Assembly (NCBI GenBank): GCA_027621295.1
Contig: JAQCBR010000003.1
Location: 6,704 to 70,703 of the forward strand
DNA from: Planctomycetota bacterium
GTDB taxonomy: Bacteria; Planctomycetota; UBA1135; UBA2386
Direction of reading: 5' to 3'
DNA: 64,000 nucleotides
Part shown: positions 48,562-57,045 of the stretch, piece after piece
Position numbering within the stretch: position 1 is the first letter of the stretch
Layout of the letters: each line of letters begins with the position of its first letter
The notes under the pieces: model-generated
Database searches by the model: none
What the model was told of the DNA's origin: nothing
What the model saw: only the letters and a program-made list of their open reading frames with translations
Position numbers and translations under genes: made by a program

Positions 48562-50256
48562 TCAGCGCACCTGCAGGAACACCGGCCCACGCTCGGACTC
48601 GAAGTCCCAGTTCGCGTTCCGTGCCCTGACCTGCACGCGGATGCGCGCCCACTCACCCTCGATCGGGAAGTGGCATTCGATCCCGCCGTCGGGCCCCTGC
48701 CGATGCGCGAAGCCCGCACCGCCGTCGCCGAAGTGCGCGCGGTTCTGGAACGCGACCCTGGCCTGCAGGCCCGTGTCCCAGTCGACGAGGATCTCGTAGG
48801 TGTCGGTCGGCTCGACCAGGAACTGGGTCAGGTCCTCGTCCAGCAACAGGTAGACGTCGGTCGCATCGACCGAGGTGAAGACACCGCCCATGTCCGGACG
48901 GCTCTCCCACAGACGATCGCGCGTCTGCAGCATGATCCGGTCACGATCACGATCCCAGTCACCGAGATCGCCGTCGATCGTCTTCGTCGCCATGGTCACG
49001 GCAGCGTTGTCGAGCAAGAGCGCGTAGCCCGGATCTTCCTGGAGGATACCTGGTTCGGGTGCCGTGCCGCCGATGGAGACGAGAGCCCCGCCGAAGGACG
49101 CCATCTCCGCGGTCAGTCCGGCCAGCGACGTGACGCCGAGCAGGCGCCTCGCCGTCAACGGATCGGCGATCGACTTGATGTAGAGCGCCCGTAGATCGAC
49201 GCCGGCGAACAGGCGGCGGAAGTCGAGGACGGTGTGCAGCTCCTGCGGCAGGACGGTCCCGTCGGGCAGCGTCGTGATCGTGAACGTGCCGTCCAGCGCC
49301 CCGACCATCGCACGGAGCCAGTTCCGCAGCTGCTCTTCCTGCTGCAGCATCAGCTGCCGCATCGTGGGGTCGGCGATCCACTGCTCGAGGCGCGCCATCG
49401 ACATCACCCCTTCACGCTGCTGCTCCTGATTCTCGGCGCGGACCTGCTCCATGCAGCTCTCGTAGCAGAGGAAGCAGTCCTGCAGGCGATCGCGCAGGCG
49501 CGTCAGGTTCTGCGTGCGGAGCAGCGTGCCGAAACCCGGGTGCTCGATGTCGACCACCGCGATCGGGTCGATCGTCGGGTCGTCGACGAAGTCGAGCTCG
49601 TTCGGCGACAGCGCGTCGTAGTCGTAGACCGTCAGCCCCTCGATCAGTGCGCGCAGCGCCTCGACGACCGCGAGTGCTGCCATCGCATCCGCGTGGTCGA
49701 GACGGATCGCGTGGTCACCGCCGGGCGACAACCAGGCGAGGAACCGTCCACCACGGTCCGCCGGGATCACGTATTCCCAGTCCTCGGGGACCTCACCCAG
49801 CGCGGTCGACACGGCGTCCAGCACCGGGAGCACGTCGTCGATCAGGAGCGTGGCGAGCTCGTCGAGCGTCGGGAAGTCGTCCTTGAACAGCCCTTCGCCG
49901 TGCTCCTCGAGGGCCAGGAGCAGATCCCAGAACGTCGCGCCATCGATGAACTGGATGCCTGCTCGCTCCAGCGTGAGGCGGAAGCGATGTTGGGCCTGGG
50001 TCCTCGTCTGGATCTCGTCGAGCGCAACGACGCTGGCCAGGACGACCTGCGCGTCGACGTTCGACGGATCGAGCCGTGTCGCGGCGAAGAGGTCGTCGCG
50101 CATCGCCTCGAAGTCATCGCTGCCGTCGAACAGCGCGGTCACGGTGTCGAGTGTCAGCCTCGCGGCTTCGTTGGTGTTCTTGCCGGTCGACTTGTCGTGG
50201 CAAGCGGTTGCAGCGAGAAGCAGTGCCAAGGCTGCAGACGGGGCTCTGTGCATCAT
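48562..50256 (-). CDS. Hypothetical acidic lipoprotein
   Basis: SD GGAGG, start ATG 50256, lipobox AATAC, helical body, C-terminal TIDGDLGDW motif. Confidence 0.7.
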   Translation of the reverse strand: MMHRAPSAALALLLAATACHDKSTGKNTNEAARLTLDTVTALFDGSDDFEAMRDDLFAATRLDPSNVDAQVVLASVVALDEIQTRTQAQHRFRLTLERAGIQFIDGATFWDLLLALEEHGEGLFKDDFPTLDELATLLIDDVLPVLDAVSTALGEVPEDWEYVIPADRGGRFLAWLSPGGDHAIRLDHADAMAALAVVEALRALIEGLTVYDYDALSPNELDFVDDPTIDPIAVVDIEHPGFGTLLRTQNLTRLRDRLQDCFLCYESCMEQVRAENQEQQREGVMSMARLEQWIADPTMRQLMLQQEEQLRNWLRAMVGALDGTFTITTLPDGTVLPQELHTVLDFRRLFAGVDLRALYIKSIADPLTARRLLGVTSLAGLTAEMASFGGALVSIGGTAPEPGILQEDPGYALLLDNAAVTMATKTIDGDLGDWDRDRDRIMLQTRDRLWESRPDMGGVFTSVDATDVYLLLDEDLTQFLVEPTDTYEILVDWDTGLQARVAFQNRAHFGDGGAGFAHRQGPDGGIECHFPIEGEWARIRVQVRARNANWDFESERGPVFLQVR

Positions 50257-50354
50257 CTTCGGTGTTCCTCCGGTTCGGCCCAATGCGGGCGCCCGGTCGA
50301 ACGCCTCGTGCCCCGTGCCGTTGCGTCCCGAATCGCACGACGAATCAGCCCCAT

Positions 50355-50370
50355 GGGCACCTCGTTTGCG
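50355..50370 (+). promoter_or_regulatory. Putative sigma-54 (-24/-12) promoter
   Basis: GGGCAC-CTCGT-TTGCG matches TGGCAC-N5-TTGC, about 110 nt upstream of ATG 50481. Confidence 0.6.
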
Positions 50371-50480
50371 CGTGAGACCAGGGCGTGCATCCCCCCCTTG
50401 CCGTCGGACGAAGGTCGCGGGACGCTGTCTCCCCCCCGGCCTGCCCCGAGTCAGACCCTGGCCGCGAGCCCACGCTCGTC

Positions 50481-51539
50481 ATGACCATGCGCATCCAGAA
50501 GATCCTCACGACGCTGGGCTTCGCCCTCATCGCAAGCGGCGGAGCCACGTCGCAGACGACGGTCACGCTCGAGCCGGTCGCCGACACGACGCTGTACCAG
50601 TTCGATCCGTTCGCCAGCAACGGCGCCGGGACCCGCCTGTTCTGCGGCAACGACCTCGCGGCGTCGTCCAAGCGCGGGCTGCTGCAGTTCGACGTCCACG
50701 CATCGATCCCGCCCGGCTCCGTGATCCGCTCGGCCCAGCTGGGCATGAGCGTGGTCCAGACCAGGGCTCCGGCGCTCCCGGTCGACCTGCACCGCGTCCT
50801 CTCGCCCTGGGGTGAGGGGACTTCGTTCGCATCGAGCGGACAGGGCGGCGGCGCACCGGCGACCCCGGGAGATGCCACCTGGTTCGACGCGAACTTCGGG
50901 GTCCAGCAGTGGGCGCAGATGGGCGGCGACTACGCGCTCTCGTCGAGCGCCTCGACGGTCTGCGGCTCGACCGGCCGCTTCACGTGGTCGTCGACCGGCC
51001 TCGTCAACGACGTCCAGGCCTGGGTCAACGGCACCGCCGCGGACTTCGGCTGGATCGTCATCTCGGGTGAGTCCGGAACGATGACGGCGCGCGCGTTCGC
51101 GACGCGCGAAGCGGCGGCCGGCCAGCGTCCGACGCTGACCGTCACCTACGACCCGCCGACCGCGGCCATCGTCGGCTACGGCACCGGCTGCGCGGGCGGG
51201 GGAATCCTGCCGATGACGATCACCGCGTCGTCGCAGCCGACCGTCCCCAACGCGCAGTTCTCGCTCCGCCGCACCGGCGGCCCTCGTATCGCGACCTTCG
51301 TGCTGAACCTGTTCGGGGACATCCTGTCCTCGCCGCTCCCGCTGACGCCTGGCTGCGACCTCTGGGGGAACCCGGGGACGCTGCTCGCATCGGTGACGAT
51401 GCCGGCCGTCCTCCCGCTGCCGATCCCGAACGACCCGGGCATCCTGGGCGCAACGCTCGGCCTCCAGGCCTTCGCGATCGACCCGGCGACGCAGACCTTC
51501 GCGTCGTCGAGCGCGCTCCAGCTCCGCTTCGGGCTGTGA
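50481..51539 (+). CDS. Secreted DNRLRE/CBM96-like domain protein with two-Cys C-terminal domain
   Basis: Signal peptide ...GATS|Q. ADTTLY, RGLLQFD, WGEG, VQAWV...FGW, F.TRE and PTLTVTY, then GYGTGC...PGC...Q..DP...S.AL. Confidence 0.82.
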   Translation: MTMRIQKILTTLGFALIASGGATSQTTVTLEPVADTTLYQFDPFASNGAGTRLFCGNDLAASSKRGLLQFDVHASIPPGSVIRSAQLGMSVVQTRAPALPVDLHRVLSPWGEGTSFASSGQGGGAPATPGDATWFDANFGVQQWAQMGGDYALSSSASTVCGSTGRFTWSSTGLVNDVQAWVNGTAADFGWIVISGESGTMTARAFATREAAAGQRPTLTVTYDPPTAAIVGYGTGCAGGGILPMTITASSQPTVPNAQFSLRRTGGPRIATFVLNLFGDILSSPLPLTPGCDLWGNPGTLLASVTMPAVLPLPIPNDPGILGATLGLQAFAIDPATQTFASSSALQLRFGL

Positions 51540-52552
51540 CGGAGGGGAGAGGCCCCGACCTCGAGCGCCTGCGGCGTCTGCGGGACCTGTTCCTCGACGC
51601 GACGGGCGCACCGCGCGCCGTCGCCGCCTACTGGCAGAGCGACGAGGACCTCGCCGCCTACGACGCGGTCTTCGCCGCGCGGATCGGCTGGAAGTGGGAC
51701 GCAGCCCTCGAGGATGCGATCGCCCGCGGGTTCGCGCCCGGGAACGGACTCCACGTCGTCGACTTCGGATGTGGCACGGGCATCGCGGCACGGCGATTCG
51801 CCGCACGCTTCGACGTCTCGGAAGTGCGCTGCGTGGACCACTCGGCGCGGGCCGCCGCGTTCGCCGCCGCTCGTCTGCGCGACGAGCGCCCCCAGGTCGC
51901 CACGTCCGCGGCCATGCCCGGTCCCCACGATGCTGACCCGGACGTATTGCTGATCAGCCACGTGCTCGACGAGCTCGGACCGTCCACGGAGGACGCGCTG
52001 CTGGAACTCGCCGCCCGATCGAAGCACGTCGTCTGGGTCGAACCCGGCAGCCGCGTGGTGTCGCGACGGCTCGCCACCCACCGCGACCACCTGGTCGCGA
52101 ACGCCGGCTTCTCGATCGTTGCGCCGTGCCCACACCAGGGACCGTGCAGCGCGCTCCGCGCGGACGGCAGCCACTGGTGCCACTTCTTCGCGTCTCCGCC
52201 AGCCGAGGTCTTCACGGACGGGGACTGGGTGCGACTCGGCCGCGAGCTCGGCATCGACCTGCGCGCCCTGCCGTACGCCAGCCTCGTGCTGTCACGGGCC
52301 CCCTCGGGCGACCTGGCATCCGTGGGCCGCGTCCTGGCGAGACCAGAGGTCTCCGGCAAGGAAGCGCGCGTCTTCGTCTGCGACGCGGAGGGCCTCCATC
52401 ACCTGGCCGCGTTCAAGAGCCGCGGCAGCGCCGACGCGTGGCGCACGCTGAAGAAGGCCGGCTCCGGCCTGCGCGATGTGCGCGTGGAGCGGGATGGCGC
52501 GAAGCTTCGCGCCATCGAACCGCTGCACGCGTCGGATCAGCCCCAGTCGTAG
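51536..52552 (+). CDS. Rsm22/METTL17-like SAM-dependent methyltransferase-fold protein
   Basis: YDAVFA.R, VVDFGCGTG, SHVLDEL, VEPG, IVAPCPHQGPC...WCHF and a distal VC. Confidence 0.82.
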   Translation: MTEGRGPDLERLRRLRDLFLDATGAPRAVAAYWQSDEDLAAYDAVFAARIGWKWDAALEDAIARGFAPGNGLHVVDFGCGTGIAARRFAARFDVSEVRCVDHSARAAAFAAARLRDERPQVATSAAMPGPHDADPDVLLISHVLDELGPSTEDALLELAARSKHVVWVEPGSRVVSRRLATHRDHLVANAGFSIVAPCPHQGPCSALRADGSHWCHFFASPPAEVFTDGDWVRLGRELGIDLRALPYASLVLSRAPSGDLASVGRVLARPEVSGKEARVFVCDAEGLHHLAAFKSRGSADAWRTLKKAGSGLRDVRVERDGAKLRAIEPLHASDQPQS

Positions 52553-53409
52553 AAGCCTCGGCCCGACTTCTTGCCGAGCTTGCCCTCGGCCACCATGTCG
52601 CGGAGCAGCTGCGGCGCCTCGAAGACCGGGCTGTCGAGCTCCTTGCGCAGGTAGTCGGCGATCGCGAGCCGCACGTCGAGGCCGACGAGGTCCGTGAGTC
52701 GGAGCGGACCCATCGGGTGTCGGTAGCCGAGCTCCATCGCCTTGTCGATGTCGGCGGCCGAAGCCACCTCGGCCTCGACCATCCGGATCGCCTCGAGGCC
52801 GATGCAGACGCCGAGGCGGGACGTCGCGAACCCGGGGCTGTCACGCACGACGATCGGCTCCTTCTGGATCTGCGTCGCGTAGGTCCGCACCCCCTCGAGC
52901 GTCGCGTCGCTCGCAGCCGCGGGCCGCACGATCTCGAGCAGCGCCATGATCGGCACCGGGTTGAAGAAGTGCATGCCGATGCAGCGCTCCGGGGAAGGGA
53001 GCCCCTCGAAGATGCCGGCGAGCGAAAGCGAAGAGGTGTTCGTCGCGAGCACGGCGGTCGCCGGCGCCGCGGCGGCCACTGCCGCGAACACCTCGCGCTT
53101 CAGCTCGAGCCGCTCCGGCACGGCCTCGATGATGAGATCGGCCCCGGCGACCGCCGCCGCCAGATCCGTCGTCGTCCCGAGCCGTCCGAGCGTCGCCTCC
53201 CGCAGCTCGGGCGCGACCTTGCCCTTCTCGACGCCCTTGTCGAGGAAGCCGCGGATCGTCCCCATCCCGCGCTCGACGAACGCATCCTCGACGTCCCGCA
53301 GCACGACCTGGGACCCGGCCTGCGCACAGACCTGCGCGATCCCGGCCCCCATCGTCCCGGCACCGAGGACTGCGACACGGGGGAAGACGACGTTCTGCGA
53401 ATCGGTCAT
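52537..53409 (-). CDS. 3-hydroxyacyl-CoA (3-hydroxybutyryl-CoA) dehydrogenase
   Basis: GAGTMGAGIA, EAVPE...K, TNTSSL, GMHFFNP, DSPGF and HPMGPL. Confidence 0.95.
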   Translation of the reverse strand: MTDSQNVVFPRVAVLGAGTMGAGIAQVCAQAGSQVVLRDVEDAFVERGMGTIRGFLDKGVEKGKVAPELREATLGRLGTTTDLAAAVAGADLIIEAVPERLELKREVFAAVAAAAPATAVLATNTSSLSLAGIFEGLPSPERCIGMHFFNPVPIMALLEIVRPAAASDATLEGVRTYATQIQKEPIVVRDSPGFATSRLGVCIGLEAIRMVEAEVASAADIDKAMELGYRHPMGPLRLTDLVGLDVRLAIADYLRKELDSPVFEAPQLLRDMVAEGKLGKKSGRGFYDWG

Positions 53410-53500
53410 GGTTCAGGCTGGGTAGGCGGACGAGCGATCAAACACGACGTGCGCGAGCGGCTCCAACGCAAAGGCCATGACGCCGCGGCGGTTCCGCCTC

Positions 53501-54274
53501 TCACTTCTTCGCACGCTTGTCCAGGAAGGCCTGCATGCGGTCGTGCTTGTCCTGGCTGTCGAAGAGCACCGCCTGGAGGGAGCTCTCCATCGCCATCGCC
53601 ATCTGCTCGTTGGGGCGCGCGAGCGCGTTCATCGACGCCTTGGCCAGACGGACGGCGAGAGGGCCGTTGTGCGCGATCTCGCGCGCGAGCGCGAGGGCCG
53701 CGTCCAGCACCTCCTCGTCGGGCACGACACGGTTCACGAGCCCGATGCGCTCGGCCTCCGTCGCGTCGACGATGCGGCCCGTGTAGACCAGCTCGCGCGC
53801 CCGGCCGAGGCCGATCAGGCGCGGCAGGCGGTAGGTCGCGCCGGCCGCGGGAATGATGCCGAGCGAGACCTCGGGCTGCCCGAGGCGCGCCGATGCGCCG
53901 GCGACGCGGAGGTCACATGCGATCGCCAGCTCGCAGCCGCCGCCCAGGCACCAACCGCGGATCGCGGCGATCACCGGGACCGGGAAGTCCTCGACGCGCT
54001 TGAACAGCGACGAGTTGATCGAGGCGAGGGCGTCGCGCGCGTTCCGCTCCTTGAGCTGGGCGATGTCCGCGCCCGCGGCGAACGCCTTGTCACCCGCGCC
54101 CGTCAGGACGATCGCCGTCAGATCGGGCTCCTCGAGCAGGGCGTCCAGGTTGCGGTGCAGCGCCTGGACCATCTCGAGGTCGATCGCGTTGCGGCGTTCT
54201 GGGGCGTTCAGGGTCAGGACCGCGATCCGGTCCTCGATCCGCAGCAGCGTGCGTGGGGTGTCTTCGGCGCTCAT
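53501..54274 (-). CDS. Enoyl-CoA hydratase/isomerase
   Basis: AFAAGADI, CLGGGCELAIACDLR and QPEVSLGIIP. Confidence 0.94.
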   Translation of the reverse strand: MSAEDTPRTLLRIEDRIAVLTLNAPERRNAIDLEMVQALHRNLDALLEEPDLTAIVLTGAGDKAFAAGADIAQLKERNARDALASINSSLFKRVEDFPVPVIAAIRGWCLGGGCELAIACDLRVAGASARLGQPEVSLGIIPAAGATYRLPRLIGLGRARELVYTGRIVDATEAERIGLVNRVVPDEEVLDAALALAREIAHNGPLAVRLAKASMNALARPNEQMAMAMESSLQAVLFDSQDKHDRMQAFLDKRAKK

Positions 54275-54732
54275 CGCATGTCCTCCTGGTCGGGCCGACG
54301 ATCATCCCCCTCGGGCCACGCCCCGTCGAGGAAGCGTGGACGTTCGGCCGGGGCCAGCATCGCGCAGACGTCGGCAGAGCCGAACCATCGGACCCGGTTC
54401 CGCGCAACCAGCCGGTAGACGAGATCGCGCAGAGGGCGCGGCACGATCGCCAGCACCCGGAGCCACGACCACGGAGCACGCAGTTCGGACGCGAGCCGCA
54501 GCGCGGCCGCCGAACGCACGTGCACGCCAGCGGCATCGACGACGACCACGCTGTCGGGGAGCTCGGCCAGCGTGACGCCTCGCGCGCGAAGAACGCCCTC
54601 TGCCGCCCCCGACCCGAGCGGTGCGAAGCGCATGCGTCCGCGCGCATCGTGGCGCAGCAGGAACCGCACCGTCCGGCTGCAGAGGCCGCAGCCTCCGTCG
54701 AACAGGACGATCGGCTCCTCGCTGACGCTCAC
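54271..54732 (-). CDS. DCC family thiol-disulfide oxidoreductase (YuxK-like)
   Basis: VLFDGGCGLC, RSAAAL and RD..Y..VARNR..WFG. Confidence 0.92.
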   Translation of the reverse strand: MSVSEEPIVLFDGGCGLCSRTVRFLLRHDARGRMRFAPLGSGAAEGVLRARGVTLAELPDSVVVVDAAGVHVRSAAALRLASELRAPWSWLRVLAIVPRPLRDLVYRLVARNRVRWFGSADVCAMLAPAERPRFLDGAWPEGDDRRPDQEDMR

Positions 54733-55757
54733 GGCTCGACGACCAGCTTGCCGAACACGTCGCGCGCCTCGAGCCGGCGATGCGCGTCCGCGAGCTCGTC
54801 GAGAGGCATCACGGAGTCGACGACGGGCCGGAGCCGCCCGGCCCGGAACAGGTCGAGCACGCGGCAGAGGTCACCCTTGCTGCCCATCGTGTTGCCGAGG
54901 ATCGACAGGTTCTTGAAGAAGACCTGGTGCAGCGAGATCTCGACCTGCCCACCGGTCGTCGCCCCGCAGGTGACCAGACGACCGCCGCGCGCGAGCGACT
55001 TGATGCTGCCGGCGAAGGTCGCCGCACCGACGTGTTCGAAGACGACGTCGCAGCCCCGTCCGGACGTCGCCGCACGCACCTCATCGAGCCAGTCGACCGT
55101 CGTGTAGTCGATCGCGATGTGCGCGCCGAGGTCTTCGGCGTGACGGCACTTCGTGGCGCCACCGGCCGTCGCGATCACCGTCGCCCCGAGCAGCCGCGCG
55201 ATCTGCACGCCCGCGCTGCCGACTCCCGACCCGCCAGCGTGGACCAGGACGGTGTCGCCCGCCCGCAGCCCGGCCTTGCGGACCAGCATCGACCACGCGG
55301 TCTGGAAGACCAGCGGGACCGACGCAGCCTCTGCATAGTCGAGGTTCTCCGGCTTCGGCTGGACGTTGGCCGCGGGCACGCAGACGTACTCCGCGCACGT
55401 CCCGTCCCGACTCTCGCCGAGGATCCCGTACTCGCGGCAAAGCTGGTCCTCGCCGGCCAGACAGGTCGGACAGACTCCGCACGACGTGCCGGGCAGGAGC
55501 ACGCACGGCTCGCCGACCTCGAGGCCGCCGACGCCGGCGCCGAGCGCGTCGACCACGCCAGCACCGTCCGAGCCGAGGACCAGCGGCAGCGGGAACGTGT
55601 GCCCGGGCACGCCGCGACGCACCCATGTGTCCAGGTGGTTCAGGCCTGCGGCCTTCACCCGCACCCGCACCTCTCCCGGGCCCGGCTCGGGAACCGGACG
55701 GAGTTCGAAGACGATCTGGTCGAAGTCTCCGTGCTCGCGAACGACGGCGGCCTTCAT
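54729..55757 (-). CDS. Zinc-binding MDR dehydrogenase / quinone oxidoreductase-like
   Basis: Start ATG 55757. NHLD, LGSDGAG, CGVCPTC...C structural Zn site, GGSGVG and GRLVTCGAT. Confidence 0.9.
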   Translation of the reverse strand: MKAAVVREHGDFDQIVFELRPVPEPGPGEVRVRVKAAGLNHLDTWVRRGVPGHTFPLPLVLGSDGAGVVDALGAGVGGLEVGEPCVLLPGTSCGVCPTCLAGEDQLCREYGILGESRDGTCAEYVCVPAANVQPKPENLDYAEAASVPLVFQTAWSMLVRKAGLRAGDTVLVHAGGSGVGSAGVQIARLLGATVIATAGGATKCRHAEDLGAHIAIDYTTVDWLDEVRAATSGRGCDVVFEHVGAATFAGSIKSLARGGRLVTCGATTGGQVEISLHQVFFKNLSILGNTMGSKGDLCRVLDLFRAGRLRPVVDSVMPLDELADAHRRLEARDVFGKLVVEP

Positions 55758-56548
55758 CGTCCTTCGAACCTCGGCGCGCGCTTCTCCTGGAAGGCCGCGA
55801 GCCCCTCGCGCGCATCGGCGCTGGCGAACAGTTTGGCCTGCAGCTCCCGCTCCAGCGCGAGCCCCTGCTCGAGCGGGATCTCGGCGCCGCTCTGGACCGC
55901 GCGCTTGATGTGCCCGATCGCCATCGACGCCGCGTCCGGCGTCGTGAACTTCGCCGCATAGGCGAGGACCTGCTCGAGGAACGCGCCGGGCTCGCAGTCG
56001 ATGACCTGCTGGACGAGCCCGAGCGCCGCTGCCTCGTCGACGTCGAGGTTCGAACCCGTGGCCATCAGCTCGATCGCCTTGGCCTTGCCGACGACGCGCA
56101 CGAGACGCTGGGTACCCCCGGTTCCGGGCAGCACGCCGAGCTTCACCTCGGGTAGCCCGACCTTGCCGCAGCTGCGGCGCGCGATGCGCAGGTCGCAGGC
56201 GAGCGCGACCTCGAGTCCTCCGCCGACGCAGTGGCCGTTGAGTGCGGCGATGACGAGCTTGGGAGTCTGCTCGAGCCGGCTCAACGTCTCGTTGGCGTGC
56301 AGGCAGAACCAGTACTTCCAGGTCGGGTCGACCCGGTTCAGCATCTCGATGTTCGCACCCGCGCAGAAGAAACGCTCGCCGGACCCGGTCAGCACGATGA
56401 CGTCGACCTCGGGGTCCATCCGCGCGTCGAGGATGCATGCGTCGAGCGCACGCATCATCTCGTAGCTGTAGGTGTTGGCCGGTGGGTCGCAGAGCGTGAA
56501 GACGGCGATTCGGCCGTGTTTCTCGGAGCGGACGAGGGCTTCGGTCAT
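55754..56548 (-). CDS. Enoyl-CoA hydratase/isomerase family protein
   Basis: Start ATG 56548. FFCAGANI, NGHCVGGGLEVALACDLR and LPEVKLGVLPGTGGTQRL. Confidence 0.92.
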   Translation of the reverse strand: MTEALVRSEKHGRIAVFTLCDPPANTYSYEMMRALDACILDARMDPEVDVIVLTGSGERFFCAGANIEMLNRVDPTWKYWFCLHANETLSRLEQTPKLVIAALNGHCVGGGLEVALACDLRIARRSCGKVGLPEVKLGVLPGTGGTQRLVRVVGKAKAIELMATGSNLDVDEAAALGLVQQVIDCEPGAFLEQVLAYAAKFTTPDAASMAIGHIKRAVQSGAEIPLEQGLALERELQAKLFASADAREGLAAFQEKRAPRFEGR

Positions 56549-56631
56549 GGCGGGCAGTGCGGGTCGGAGCGCGGGGAGCGCGATGCTAGCTCGGTGGTTC
56601 CAGGGGTCCACGATGCGCGCCCCCCAGCCCG

Positions 56632-56976
56632 TCAACCGTCGAAGGCTTCCGGCAGGCTGCCTCTCGGCTGGCCGCGCAGTGGGGTCCACAGATGCCACCG
56701 CCGGAACTCGGGAGGAAGGTCGGGGTGGTCGGCCTGCGCAACTGCGCAGCGCAGCACGTCTTCGACGCAGGGGTCCTGACGGGTGCCGGTGCGCTCACAG
56801 AGTTCTGCGAAGAGCACATTCGGGTCCCGACCCTCCAGGTCGGCCACGCTCCGGATGCCCAGCAACAAGAGGTCGTCCGCGCTCGCCGGCCCGACCGAAC
56901 CCAGCGATTGCAGTTCGCGCCAAGCCGCGCGGAGCTCGGGGTCGGTCGGTCCGCGGAGTTTCCGGCGCGTCGCCAT
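56632..56976 (-). CDS. Helix-hairpin-helix protein (Cdd1 / mitomycin-resistance-like family)
   Basis: LQSLGSVGPA.ADDL..LGI..V.DL.GRDP...C..TG..QDPCV.D..RCAV, then WHLW. Confidence 0.82.
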   Translation of the reverse strand: MATRRKLRGPTDPELRAAWRELQSLGSVGPASADDLLLLGIRSVADLEGRDPNVLFAELCERTGTRQDPCVEDVLRCAVAQADHPDLPPEFRRWHLWTPLRGQPRGSLPEAFDG

Positions 56977-57045
56977 GCGGCACCAAGGCTAACGGACGCG
57001 GGCTCCGGCCGTGACGCATCGGGCGCTCGTGGGATGATGCCCGCC

